DNA of 63,908 bases, the filler included, from Thraustochytrium aureum (Eukaryota), in the NCBI GenBank assembly GCA_012862495.1. It is 9 parts of 6 records of this genome, joined end to end, with 100 filler letters (N's around TTAATTAATTAA, not from the genome) between each part and the next. Parts side by side here need not be neighbours in the genome. Positions count along the whole stretch, not along the records: positions 1 to 26,372 come from BLSG01000447.1; positions 26,473 to 37,731 come from BLSG01000447.1; positions 37,832 to 39,168 come from BLSG01000448.1; 6 more parts are not named here. One strand, written 5' to 3'. Of this stretch, positions 25,142-38,422 are shown piece after piece (within the stretch, counting starts at the first letter, position 1; every line of letters starts with the position of its first letter). Below the pieces are notes generated by a model. That model was not told the origin of the DNA. It searched no databases and saw nothing but the letters and a program-made list of their open reading frames with translations. The translations under genes were made by a program, and so were the position numbers.

Positions 25142-25842
25142 TCATTGTTTGACGAGCGTGATCACGAGCACCGTCATGATGAGCGCGAGGATGGCGAGGA
25201 TGATGATGGTGAGCTTGCGGCTCTTCCAGCGCTCTGAGCGCTCAAGCTGGGCAGCCTGGCCCCTGAATTGGTCTGCGCTCGCTTTCATGTTGATGGTCTG
25301 CGCTTCGAGGTCCTCGACCTTGTCCATGTTGCGGAGCATGGCATCCAGGTTGCCGTGCATGATGTCCGTCACGCGGGCGACTTCGACGCGAAGCTTGGTG
25401 ACTTTGTCCTTCTTGGCCGGGTCGTCAAAGTCGTCGAGAAGGCGGCGCAGGAGCGCCTTGGCCTTTTTGCTGAGGCCGAGGTCCTTGCTCGTTTCTGCCG
25501 CGTCGACGAGTCGCACGTCCGCCCGAATTGAGCTGCGAGGTCCTGAAGGAGCGCGAACGCAACGCGCTCCGGGTACTCGTCGCCAACGATAGCCGCATAC
25601 AAGAACCTGTCATCAGTGAAGGTGAATAGGCAGGTCGGGTTTCCGCGGCGCCTCCCGAACGACCCTGGCGTCTTGATCGTTGGTGCGAGCTCTTCTGACA
25701 CAAGTGCTTGGCGCAAGAGCGGCTCGAAGGTCGCGCGGAGAGGGTCGCGGGCCTCCCCTACCAGGGCAGCCACAGGGACGCCGTCTCGGACGCGCGCGAC
25801 AGCGAGGTAGTGCACCTGCGGGCCTCCATCCATGATCGACAT
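25142..25842 (-). CDS. Longin-domain synaptobrevin (VAMP7-like) with C-terminal TM; frameshift at ~25518
   Basis: Longin fold YLAVARV...LYAAIVGDEYPERVAFALL, SNARE motif VARVTDIMHGNLDAMLRNMDKVEDL...SADQF, and WKSRK followed by a TM anchor. Confidence 0.85.
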
Positions 25843-26372
25843 CGTTGCTCCCTCCTCGGTGTGCCGGCTGCTAGTTGGTGCTGGGCTTGCGGGTGTCTGC
25901 TCGGCGCTGCCTTCGCGCTGCTGGGGCTCGAAGGAAAGTTGCGGGTTTGCCAAACTGCTAGAGTAGAGTACTCTCTACATTCCCAGGTGATGAGGCTGGG
26001 CATGGCCAGGTTCGGCGCGCGTTTTCTGTTCTTCGGCACTGAACCGCGATTGGACACTCTGACACCAACAAGTGGCGGCATGACTGCCGTGGAACCGGAT
26101 GCCTGCGAAGGTGGCGCTGGCACCAGAGCGGTCCTTCGGCGGGGATAGGGCAGCCAGTTTCGGCAAATGGCGAACGGACCCCGCTTTTGCAAAATTCAAA
26201 ACACCTCCGGAGCCGGAAGCGACAAAGATTGAAAAAGCCTGAGGCTGGAGCTCAACTTACAGCGAGACATGGGGCGAGACGTGGGGCCCATCCTCGCTCT
26301 CGCTCATCGAAAGATCTCGGGCACCGCGACAGGGTGTCGGCCCCCGGAGTTCAGGCCGGCCCAGCTGAATAC

Positions 26373-26472
26373 NNNNNNNNNNNNNNNNNNNNNNNNNNNN
26401 NNNNNNNNNNNNNNNNTTAATTAATTAANNNNNNNNNNNNNNNNNNNNNNNNNNNNNNNNNNNNNNNNNNNN
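26373..26472. other. Artificial scaffold linker (44N-TTAATTAATTAA-44N)
   Basis: The same all-frame-stop linker recurs at 37732, 39169, 40491, 49364, 56351, 61456 and 62731. Confidence 0.97.
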
Positions 26473-26559
26473 AGGGAAGGCGGGAGGGAAGGAGGAACGC
26501 GCCTCAGGCCCGAGGAGGCGCAGCGCGACGAACGGGCGGCCGCTGAGGCGACCGAGGGG

Positions 26560-29500
26560 ATGGGGGCCTTGTACAATGAGGGCGGCGCGGAGGATGGCGG
26601 CGTGGAGCCGAGCCCGGTGAAGCAGAACGCCGAGCTGCTGGACAGGCTGCTGCTTGTCAAGAAGACCTACTTGGAGAGTCAACGCGTCGTGTATCTGGAC
26701 TCTGGCGAGGCCTTCAAGGTAGCGATGCTGTACCCGGACGCGCCAGAGGTGGACGACTTTGTGCGCAGGTGCATGGACGGCGTCGTTGCCATCTTCCTCG
26801 ACCAGCGCGCTACAAATGTGCGCGCCAACCTGATCCAGAACTTTGACACAGTACTTGTCGGCGCGTGCAGAGTAATTTTGCACGACGTCACCAAGCACCA
26901 TCGCGTGCGGTACATGGAAACGCTTGTGCGCCTCGTCAGCGACGACTGCACGTACTATACGACACCGGACCACCTCGAAGCGCACAGCGCGGACTCGAAT
27001 GCAAAAACACTGTTAGCCAACTCGCGCGGCCCGAAAACGCGGCGCCAGATCATCGACATCTTCGAAAAGGGCGGCGGGTTTGCTGTGCTCGCTGACATCC
27101 TACGTGGAGCGGTCGTGCCTTGTCCGCCCGCCGACGTCAACTCGCCGGCGCCAACTGCCGGACTGGGCCCAGATGGCGCAGCAGGGCAGGCGGTGGCTGC
27201 GACGCTCTCTGGGGAGGCAAGTCCGTCAGCTGCTCAACCCCTTTGTGCTCGCGCGTGATCTGCTTGGCAAGCAGCGCGTCGTCGAGGTCTGCCGCCTGGC
27301 CATGGCGGCGGTGGAGCGCATGGGCGAGGAGGACCTCAAGGTGCAGCGGAGCCTCGAGCTCACGAAGCTGCACAAGCTGCTCAAGCTCGTCCTGGGCGAG
27401 GACCCCGAGCTCAAGGAGTTTTTGCGCTCGCTCTCGCTTAAGACCTTCGCCTCCAGGGCCTTTCAGCTCCGCAAACTCGGTCTTGACATGATGTGTAAGC
27501 TTGTCAGCGAGGCCCAGCTCGAGGCGCGCCTCGCGTTGAACAATCAGTTGGACGACCCTGAGCGCGCCGCAGAGTTGGCCATGCGCCACGCCGACTCGGC
27601 AGTAGACATGAATGCCTGGCTCGTGGACAACGAAGTTCTCGAGAAGCTCTTCGCCTCCAGCGAGTCGGTCCACCCGGCCCTCGTCGGGCGGTCAAAGCGC
27701 CTCCTTGAGTACATGGCCCGAGGTGACGCCATTCAGGACAAGCACATCGACCTCATGTTCAAGAGCTGCGTGGGGCACCACGATTCGGTACGCGGCGCGG
27801 TCCAAACCCTGCTCGCCGAGATCGCTGTCGACGCCCAGGTCCAGCCCGCGACAGCTGCGTACATCTTGCGCTGCGCCGCGGGGCTCGTGGCCAAGCACCG
27901 CGGGGACATGGTTTTCTTTGTCGACAAACTCATGAGCTTTGGCGCAGCCTCGGACGGGTACCAGCGTCCGTTGGCGCAGTCGAGTTCGATCATGTTGCAG
28001 GCTCTCCTAGACCTCCTTTGGCGCCTCCTGGAAACGTGCCCGAGCCTCGCCGACCCCAAGCGGGCCAAGCTCGTTGCCTATGTCGTCGAGGTGCTGCGCC
28101 TCCCCAACGGCAAGGTGCTCCGCGCGCGGTTTATCATTTCGTTCATCCAAATCCTGCAAACATCCTGCACGAAGGCCGAGGCCCCCCTGCCCGGGTCGCC
28201 CACCGACGCCGCCAGCAGCGTCTCGACCAACGTCGCCGCGAGCCCCGACCCAGCGAGCACACCCAGCCGCGGCCCTGCTGTCGCCGACCAACCAAAGCGC
28301 GGCAAAGGCTGGTGGCGCCGTCACGATCCTCACCGCGTACGAGACCTTGCAAAAGGTGATCTCGCTTTTCCGCTCCTCTGCATCCGACAGCGGCCCCGCG
28401 TTTGTTGCTCCTGACAGATCCGGGTTCTCTTTGGGCGGCACCGGCCTTGCGCGCCGCTCTGGCGGGTCGTCTGCGCTGCAGCCGCAGAGCGACGATTACG
28501 ACTCGTTCGAGGTTGGCGGCGGCCTTGGCGGCGCGGTGGGGGACTCGTCTTCGTCGGCATTCGACGAATCGGACGTGCTGCCGGCGGCCGGCCTCAACTT
28601 GGTGGACGCAGATCAAGTCTCCCTTATCGCACTCCCGGACGCCAACGGGGCCTTTCGTTTGCGGAGCCAAGGCGAGGTCGTTGTGGAGCTGCAGAAGCGC
28701 TACAAGCTCCTTGAACTTGTCGTCCAGGAGACGAAGGCGCACTGCAGCACAAGCGGAACGCGCTCGCACCACGCAAGCCGCGACAAAATGCTTGTACACA
28801 TGCAGACCCTGCAGTGCCGGCTCGACTTTGTGCAGTTTTGCGTCTCGCGCAGCCCCCTCATGCTCAGCTTTGACCTTGTCCACCAACTCTGGGAAGCGCT
28901 TGACCAGCCTGTAGAGCGCGAGGTGTGCATGGTCTGGCTTCGCCAGGTCGCGGTCGTTGACAGCGGCATGCGCGCGGGGCTCACGCCGCAAACGACGCGC
29001 CAGGTCTTCTCCCAGCTCCTCTGCGGCGACATGGAGTTTCAGCAGCTCAGCGAGCCTGGTTTCAAGTGCTTTTCTGCGTTCTTCCTGGACGTTAACAGGG
29101 CCGAAGACATCCTGGATGGCGAGGTGCTCAACTTTGGCGCTGGAGCCTCCTCCGCCGCGACCTCATCGTCTATCCTCAACACGCACGCTTCCGCAGACAT
29201 GGGCAGCGACAGCGTTGCTCCGGCGGGCGGGCGGCTCTCCTCGAGCGCGTCGACCTCCGCGCCAGATTCGAGCGCCCTGGCCGTCTCCTCGGCGGGGCCG
29301 GCGAGCGCAGCGTCTCGGGCGCTTGGGGCGCTAGCGCCGCGGCGCCGTCGCACTGTGCCCGACTCGGCAGACAACGGCGCGCCGGGGTCCGACGCGGTCG
29401 ACCCGCGGGGCCGGAAGCNNNNNNNNNNNNNNNNNNNNNNNNNNNNNNNNNNNNNNNNNNNNNNNNNNNNNNNNNNNNNNNNNNNNNNNNNNNNNNNNNN

Positions 29501-32500
29501 NNNNNNNNNNNNNNNNNNNNNNNNNCGCGCTGCCAAAGCAAGCAAGGACGTGGCCGCGTCAGCGTCAGGGCTGGACCCAACTGGCCGCCAGGGCCGGACG
29601 CTCTCCCCCTCCTCGTCGGGCGCCGCTGCCGGGACTGGGAGTAGCGGCTTGGCCGGACAAGGCGCGGGAGCTGGGGACACCCGCGTCGTTGTCGTCAAGC
29701 GGGCCGACGTCGTTGGAATCGATACCCTTTGGCGCATCGTGGAGTCGGCTCCTGCCGACACCGCGGCCCGGGCTATGGACTTGCTGCTCCAAGTGCAATG
29801 CCGAATCGAGGCCCTCGGCGACGATGTGCGGCGTGGAGAGGGCGGCTCCGGCGTGCGGCGCGGCGACCTCGACGAGAGCGGTGCCCTCTCCCCGGTCGGC
29901 GCGATGGACGAGGAGGAGGAAGGAGGGGCGACGGCGGCTGCGAGTTTGGTGACGGGCCTGGAGCGCCGCGTGGCCTTCTTGGACCGCACGTTTGCGTTCT
30001 TGGAGCAGTCGGTGCGCGAACAGGACCGTGAGAGCGACAAGGTGCAGCGCTGCATCCGTCTCATCACCTGCTACCTGCAGTCGTTCCCGCAGTCGGCGCG
30101 GGTCTTGCCGCATGCGCCGCCGAAGGGGTCGGAGCTGCAGCTCACGGTGCACCACGACAAGGTTCTCGCATTTTCCAAGCGCGACATTGGCAAGTTGCTC
30201 AACGTCGGAATTGCGCACCGCACGACGAGCAGGAGGACCCCGCAGGTCCGGTACCTGCCGGGCATCATCGTCGACTTTGACCCCGTGCAGCGGCTGCACA
30301 AGATATGGTTCATGGACGGACGAGAGGCGGAGAAAGACATGTCAAAGCTGCACGGCGCCGGCCTCTCGGTCGCCTCAGCTGAAAACCGTACAAGATGCTG
30401 CCTCGCTCCTCCCATTGGCAAGAACCAGCTCCCCATCCAGCCCGCGGCCGGCGTCGAGATCCCGCCTGCGGTGGAGGCGGCCTGCAACGCTTACGTGCCC
30501 GTTTCGCTGCGTGTGCGCGACCGGCTCACGCTGGGCGGGCTCAACCGCCTGATTTTGGACGAGCTGGTTGACGAGCAAGCGGAGACCTGCCCTCTCAACC
30601 AGCGCAGCATCTCGCTGAGTGTGCACATCTACCACAAGCCTGCGCAGCAAGCGAACGCGCAACTCGCGCACCACAAGCAGCTCAACGACTTTGGCCACGA
30701 ACGCCTCCTGATCGGCACGCAGTCCACTCTGAACGAGCTGCTCCCCGACTCCAGCAAGGCTGCGGGGGTAGAGCGAACGTCAACGTCGCAAGTGGTCCAC
30801 CACACCTTGAACGTCGACCTGGAGGACTCTTACGAGATGGACGGCCCCGTGGCGGAGGTCGAGAACGAGGCCGAGCTCCCCTCCGTCCTGATCACCGCCA
30901 AGGGGTCAAAATATGCGGCCGCCCTCATGGTGCTGCTGGACGACCCCGCGATATCGGACGTGACGCGCGTCGAGCTGTGGGACCTGCTCCTCGCCTTGCC
31001 AACAGACCAAGGCCTGCTCGCGCGATACGAGACCGAGTTTCGCTCCATCTGCTGGGCGGACGAGCTCCGCCCCAAGGGGGCGTACCTTCTTGGGGCCATC
31101 TACCGACTCATGGTCGTGAACCGCCTGCTTGGAAACGACGAGACCTCGCGGGCTGCGCAGAGCAAGGGGGCCAACTCTGCCACGGCAAGCTTGCGCAGCT
31201 CGGGCGACGCCGGCGGCCAGGCAGCTGCCCGCCAAGCGGCTTGGCGCAGCAGTTTTTTCAAGACCCAGGGCTTCCAAGACGTGGCGCAGCTTCTGGGCAC
31301 GATCCTGGCTCGCCGTGTCCCTGGGCGCCACCAGAGCGACTGGTTTTGGTATTGGCAGCGCAGCGTCTCCCTCCCGGTGGTCATGCAGATCGTCCGTTTT
31401 TGCGTGCAGGGGTCGCTCTCGCAGCAGGGGCCTGCCTCCTCGTCCGCTGCAACTGTCGCCGGGCGCCTGGTGTCGGGCGAACTGTCGCGCGTGGAGCTAA
31501 TACAGTACGACGAGGCGCAGGCAGCCACGAGGATGGCCTTCAGCCCATCCTCGCGAAAGTCNNNNNNNNNNNNNNNNNNNNNNNNNNNNNNNNNNNNNNN
31601 NNNNNNNNNNNNNNNNNNNNNNNNNNNNNNNNNNNNNNNNNNNNNNNNNNNNNNNNNNNNNNNNNNNNNNNNNNNNNNNNNNNNNNNNNNNNNNNNNNNN
31701 NNNNNNNNNNNNNNNNNNNNNNNNNNNNNNNNNNNNNNNNNNNNNNNNNNNNNNNNNNNNNNNNNNNNNNNNNNNNNNNNNNNNNNNNNNNNNNNNNNNN
31801 NNNNNNNNNNNNNNNNNNNNNNNNNNNNNNNNNNNNNNNNNNNNNNNNNNNNNNNNNNNNNNNNNNNNNNNNNNNNNNNNNNNNNNNNNNNNNNNNNNNN
31901 NNNNNNNNNNNNNNNNNNNNNNNNNNNNNNNNNNNNNNNNNNNNNNNNNNNNNNNNNNNNNNNNNNNNNNNNNNNNNNNNNNNNNNNNNNNNNNNNNNNN
32001 NNNNNNNNNNNNNNNNNNNNNNNNNNNNNNNNNNNNNNNNNNNNNNNNNNNNNNNNNNNNNNNNNNNNNNNNNNNNNNNNNNNNNNNCGCTCTTGCAGGC
32101 GCTCTACCGGAGGTTTCTGATGGCAGTGCCGAATGCCAGCAACAAGCGGGTCAGTGTGATCGCGACGCTCCCAGACACGCGGTCGCGCGCGTTTGGGCTC
32201 CTCAAGGTCCTCGCAGAGCAGAGCCAAGAAAACTTGAGGTGGCTCGTGTCCGCGGTCACAGAGTTCGTGGAAGAAACCCCCATTCCGTACCGCGCGGGAA
32301 GGCTCGACTGGAACTTCAAGCCCACGGACTTTCGCAAGTCGCCGACAGGGTTTGTCGGCCTCGTGAACCAAGGCGCGACGTGTTACCAGAACTCCGTCTT
32401 GCAACAGCTTTTCATGTCCCCCAAGCTGCGAGAGTGGATTTGCGACTCTGTTGGGGTCCTTCCCATCGCCACGCAGGGCTCCCCAAAGTCGGCGCTCCGA

Positions 32501-35500
32501 GAGGGGGGGCCCACTGTTGGCGAAGTCGACGAGGAGGACGACGACGAGGAGGACGAGGAGGAGGAGGGCCACTTGCTCGGCGACCTCGGCTCGGGGTTTC
32601 GCGACAACAAGCAGAACAGGCTCTTGCGCGCGCTGCAGTACACGTTCACCTTCCTCAAGGACTCGGAGAAGCGATTCTTCAATCCGCGCGGCTTTGTCGA
32701 CGAGTCGGCCTCGCTCAAGCTGATGGACGGCCACCTCTCGCAGAACGACGCGATCGAGTTTTACTCGCGGCTCGTCGACTACCTGGAAGCGGGTGCGCGC
32801 GGCCGCGCACAGTGCGCCAAGCTTCAAGACATGCTCTTCGTGCGGACTTGCACGATGAACGTGCGCAACTGCGACGGCAAGCACCGCACGGAGACGGAGG
32901 TTGGCACCCCCTTCCTTACTCTCAATGTGCGAAGCGGGATGGCGGGGCCTACGCTGCACTCCCTTGACGATGCGCTAGAGAGCTGGTTCAAGGCGGAGAA
33001 GCTGAGCGGCCTGGAGTGCGAGCATTGCAACAGCAACGACAAGGACAAGCGGTTTGACGCAGACCAGGTCAAGTGCTTTTCCAAGCTCCCGCCCGTTCTC
33101 GTCGTCCAGCTGCAGCGCTTCGATTTCGACTACGAGATCATGCAGCCCACCAAGCTGAACCACCGCGTCAGCTTTGAGCATCGCATCGACCTCCACCGCT
33201 TCACCAAAGAGGCGGTGATGAAGAACTTTGAGCAGGACCAGGCTGCCGCGGCCGAGGCGGCGGCGGCGGCCTTGGCTGCCGACGACGAGGAGAGCGGTGG
33301 TGGCGGCGGCGAGGAGCCTGCATCCGNNNNNNNNNNNNNNNNNNNNNNNNNNNNNNNNNNNNNNNNNNNNNNNNNNNNNNNNNNNNNNNNNNNNNNNNNN
33401 NNNNNNNNNNNNNNNNNNNNNNNNNNNNNNNNNNNNNNNNNNNNNNNNNNNNNNNNNNNNNNNNNNNNNNNNNNNNNNNNNNNNNNNNNNNNNNNNNNNN
33501 NNNNNNNNNNNNNNNNNNNNNNNNNNNNNNNNNNNNNNNNNNNNNNNNNNNNNNNNNNNNNNNNNNNNNNNNNNNNNNNNNNNNNNNNNNNNNNNNNNNN
33601 NNNNNNGCCAGTCTGGCAATTGGTTCAAGTTCGACGATGAGCGCGTGACGCCATTTGACGTGCGCAACTTGGAGGAGGAGTGCTTTGGCGGGTCGCTTGA
33701 GGCCGATGGCGCCGGCGGTGGCTCCTGGTCCGGGCACCCCTCGGGCAGTATGGGCGCCAAGTTCAAGCACTTTTCTGGCGCAAAGGACAACAACGCGTAC
33801 CTACTTTTGTACGAGCTCGTGCAGGACGGCGCGCCGGCAGAGTCCAAAGCTGCGGGCTCGCCCGCCTCGCTGTCCAAGCCGCTTGGCGTGGCGGTGTCCA
33901 GCCCTGGCTCGGCCTCGCTGCGCTTTGCGGAGGCCGTCAAATTCGTCGCCACCGTCAAGCGACTAGCTCGTCGCGCGCGCCTCTCGCTCTGCACTCGATT
34001 GCGGATCAAGAACCTGGAGAATGAGGTCTGGGAGGACAACCAGCGCACGCTGCGCCACGCACTCGTGATGGTCCCCACATTTATGGACTTTGTGCTGTCT
34101 CTGCTGCAGTGCGAGCCCCAGACTCAAGCCGACGTGGTGGCACGCGGGGCCGACGCTGACCTGTACGGTCTGGCTACACGCATGGGCCTGATTGTCGTGC
34201 TCAAGGCCGCGGTTCGCATCGCCGCATTGAAAGCGCGCCTGCGGGCGTGGGAGCCCGTTCTTCTCCGCATGCTGAGCACGAGCGCTGCTGTGCAGCCGAT
34301 GTTGATCGTGTGGTTTCTTCGGTACCTGTGCGAGTCGCAGACCCGCGAGGAGACGCTCGAGCCGCTCCTTCTGATGTGCAACGACAAGGCGGCGCCCGAG
34401 CTGTTCTCTGCGCTCCTCGTTCGCGCCGTGGAGCTCGCCCTTGACGTGTACCAGTCAGACGAGGTGGACAAAGAGGTCAAAGGCCATGTCTCCGGGGAGC
34501 TGGTCAAGTTTGTCGAGGTGATGGGTGAGATGATTCCAAACACGCAGCTCAACTGCAGGTTCATGCACCCGTACTTTGACGTTTGGCGGTCCCTCGCCCG
34601 TTCGTCTGCGCTCCACAACCTTTTTGAACCAGGAGGACGTTGTCGTGCGGCTCTTGCGCCTCTATGTGCTAAACGATCCAAGTGGGTCTGGCGTGGCGCA
34701 GGCCCGGACGAGGGGGGTGTCGCTGGACGTGATGGGACAGGGAGGGCCCGCCAGCGTCAACATTAACGCAAACTTTGGCGCGCTCCTGGACACGATCTCC
34801 ATTCTCGTCCTGGGGCTTACGACACAGGACGCGTACGAGCGTGAAACGCGGCCCCACTCCTTTTATGATGATCCTTGGCACCCAGCCAGGCCTGCGGCGG
34901 ATCTCGGAGAGGCTGAGGCTGTGGGGCGGGAGGGCCAAAGCGCCCCATTTGCGGGCGAGGCGGATGACGATGAAGAGGACGTCGCCGAAGCTGAGGCCAT
35001 GTCGCTGGCTGCGGAGGGGCTGAGCGAAAGAGAGCTGGCCTCGCGGCGCGAGCTCGTCGAGGAGGCCGTGATGGACATGTTCACTGGGCTTGACCGCAAG
35101 GTCGCAGCGATGCGGTATGCCAGGGGGTTCCCGAGAGAGTGCGGCGCCGAGCTGATCCCGGACGGCGTGGCGGTGCAGATGGCGCGGCGCGACCCCGGGC
35201 CCGCGGCTCAGCTCCTTGCGCTAAAGTGCAAAGGCAACGGTCAGATGTCGCAGCGGCTGATGACCGAGTTCGTTCAGGGGCTGACGAACTACACAAGCAT
35301 GGTGGGCTGCGGCACACTTTCGATCCCGCAAATTCGCCAGAAGATCAAGGACGTTTGTCACGCCATCCGGGCTTGCGGGCTAGTCCAGGATGGCGTTGCT
35401 GAGGAGCGTTGCAAGGCCGTGGTAGAGGACTGCCTCAACGCCGCGATAACCTTCAACAAAGAGGTGGGGGATATCCAGAGCCGCCGCGAGTACCATCGAA

Positions 35501-36911
35501 ACTCGCGCCATGCGCCGAACGTGTACGTGGACGCCGAGTCGGAGGGGCTGCTTGAGCTGAATGTGTACGCGATCTACCAGCTGGCCAAGGTGCTGGGCCA
35601 CTTGTTCGAGGCGCGCCAGCCGATCCGGCGCTGGCTCCGCGAGCACCAGCGGCACTGGGTGAGCTGGCTCCCGGACTGGCTTGAAGAGCAGTCGTATGGG
35701 CAGCTCCTTGGCGGCAACCAGTATGTGCGGACCCGTTCTGTGGCGAAGGGCAAGGTTGTGCGGCGCCTTTGCCGCGCGGCGCAGGCCGTCAAGCCAGATT
35801 TTCGCCTCAAGTCGATCCCCCCGGCAAAGGTGCTCATCCAGGTCGCAGGGGCAGGCACGCCCGAGTGCAACGGAACGTACGTGTTTGACGGCTATTTCGC
35901 GCACGGCGAGAGCGCGCAGATCGACACTGTGACGCCAAAGTTTGTCAAGGTTGAGAATGGCCAGGCGCTGAGCCTATACCGGTGCCTCATCCGAGACAGC
36001 CAGTACACCTGGTACATTTCTGAGCTCTCCGCCAAGCCGGGCACGACCAACGACACCGACTACTACAGTTCGCCGCGGGACAACCCCAGCCCGATGCCGC
36101 CGGACGGGGACTGGTCGGCCTGCAGCAGTGGGCGCAAGCCGGCGCCGACGATCGTGCGCATCGTGCACGAGGCCTTCGACCCCGGAGGACGACCCGTGTC
36201 AGTACGTTCGCAGTCGGCGCAAGCCGCCGGCTGCGGGGGGCGTGGCGCAGCGGCCGCCAGCAGGTGCAGCTGCGCCAGCCCCGGCAGCGCCGCGGCACAN
36301 NNNNNNNNNNNNNNNNNNNNNNNNNNNNNNNNNNNNNNNNNNNNNNNNNNNNNNNNNNNNNNNNNNNNNNNNNNNNNNNNNNNNNNNNNNNNNNNNNNNN
36401 NNNNNNNNNNNNNNNNNNNNNNNNNNNNNNNNNNNNNNNNNNNNNNNNNNNNNNNNNNNNNNNNNNNNNNNNNNNNNNNNNNNNNNNNNNNNNNNNNNNN
36501 NNNNNNNNNNNNNNNNNNNNNNNNNNNNNNNNNNNNNNNNNNNNNNNNNNNNNNNNNNNNNNNNNNNNNNNNNNNNNNNNNNNNNNNNNNNNNNNNNNNN
36601 NNNNNNNNNNNNNNNNNNNNNNNNNNNNNNNNNNNNNNNNNNNNNNNNNNNNNNNNNNNNNNNNNNNNNNNNNNNNNNNNNNNNNNNNNNNNNNNNNNNN
36701 NNNNNNNNNNNNNNNNNNNNNNNNNNNNNNNNNNNNNNATGAGGACGGGGAGGACGAGACTGATTTGGCCAACGCCCGCGTTGCGGCGGCCGCCGCGGGC
36801 CAGTTCCTTCGCGACGACGATGACACGGACAGCGTCCGTGTGAACGAAGAAATCGACGACGACGCGTCGTTCTTGGACGGCGCCGACGACAGCGACGAGA
36901 GCGGCGAGTAG
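26560..36911 (+). CDS. Giant ubiquitin-specific protease (peptidase C19, USP9/24/34-like) with several frameshifts and gaps
   Basis: Cys box GFVGLVNQGATCYQNSVLQQLF (~32350), QNDAIEF, LPPVLVVQLQRFDFD, WFKFDDERVT and NAYLLLY. Long helical N-terminus with IDTLW and LWDLLLALPT as in USP24/34. The His box falls in the gap. Confidence 0.88.
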
Positions 36912-37175
36912 CTTGCGAGAAAGGCACCGTCAACTTCTGCACAGCGTAGGGCGGGCTTGGCCTCCATTTTTTAGCTTTTAGTTTTTGTCGACTGCGGTTT
37001 GGCTCCTCGCCTGCCTTGCCTGCTTCCTCCCCCGCCCAACGGCGCAGCGCTTTCCGCCTCTTGGCGGTGCTCGCTCGCGTCAGCCGGTTGACCCATCAGC
37101 AGCGCAGTCCGTTGAACGTGCAGCTGGGCTTGGGCCCGCCCGCCCTGTCCGCGGACCTCGCGCGTGGCTGGCCCC

Positions 37176-37731
37176 TCAGAGCTTGCTCGCAGCAGTGCTT
37201 AGCGGCTCATACGTGTCGTTCATGAGGTTGTCCCGCGGCTGCGCGGCAAAGTGGTCAGGAAGGTTGCGGGTGATGACGTGGTCTTCTGTAATCGAGTAAA
37301 CGTTGGGCGTGCCCATGAGGCGCATGCACATCTCGAGCTCGTCCTTGAAGATCCGCACCATGCGCTCAACACCCTCTGGCCCAAAGGCAGCCAGCGAGTA
37401 AATGGAGGGCCGGCCGATGCCCACCGCGGTGGCGCCCATGGCGATCGCCTTGAAGATGTCTGCCCCGCGGCGAACGCCCCCGTCGACGTAAACCTCAAAG
37501 CGCTCTTTGGAGTACCCTGGCTCCTTGCGCAACGCTTGCATGACCTCCGCAAGTACCTCGATCCCAGAGCGCGCCGTGTCGAGCTGGCGGCCGCCATGGT
37601 TGGAGAGAACGACGCCCGCGCAGCCGTACCGCAGAGCGAGGACAGCGTCCTCCGCGCACTGCACGCCCTTTAGGATGATCGGTAGCGAGGTGATGCCCTG
37701 GAAGAAGGCGAGGTCGGCCCAGTTGAGGCTC
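37176..37731 (-). CDS. FMN-dependent alpha-hydroxy acid dehydrogenase (flavocytochrome b2/glycolate oxidase family), C-terminal fragment ending SKL
   Basis: LPIILKGVQ, SNHGGRQLD and DGGVRRGADIFKA..GATAVGIGRP. Truncated by the linker. Confidence 0.92.
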
Positions 37732-37831
37732 NNNNNNNNNNNNNNNNNNNNNNNNNNNNNNNNNNNNNNNNNNNNTTAATTAATTAANNNNNNNNNNNNN
37801 NNNNNNNNNNNNNNNNNNNNNNNNNNNNNNN
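37732..37831. other. Artificial scaffold linker
   Basis: 44N-TTAATTAATTAA-44N. Confidence 0.97.
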
Positions 37832-38422
37832 TCCGGCGGACGCTCTCCCAGTCCTCGCGGTGTAGCTGAGAGCAGTACCCATTCCGCTTGCGGAGCGACC
37901 GGACTAGGCCGCGAGAATAGGTGCATTGGTCGACACCGGGAGGGTTGTTTAGGTCGCCAAGCTCTTTGTTGAGGCGTTCGAGCACCTTGTCATCGTCATG
38001 GCCTTGTTCGAGAAACCTCAAGATCGCGCGCCGGACCACAGCGCTAGAGTGCCTGTACGATGGTATCCGTGCAACGTGGCAGGGGCAATGCCGCTTTTGA
38101 ACGGGAACACTTAATCTGCGGTTGCATTGCCGGCCTAGTCGGCCAATCATGCCCTCAACTACCTCGCGCCATCCCCCGAAAGACGGATCTCGCTCGATCG
38201 CGCCAACCTGGTCTTGCTGCGCACATACGCGTCAAGGTCGAACTGAGGCTGCGACGGCGAGCAAGGCGACCTCCGAAATTCAGACAAGTAGGTAGGTACA
38301 GAAAAAAAAGCTTGCGTGGCACTTGATTGGGCCGCGCGATCGAGGATCCTCTTTTGTTGGCGCAATCGCACACGACCGTGGCTTGCGCAGCACTTGCGCT
38401 AGAGGCAGTCTTCCGGCGCAGG

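Noticed and set aside
37832..38150. Minus-strand ORF running into the linker
   Set aside because: No clear ATG or recognisable motif. Too short to support.
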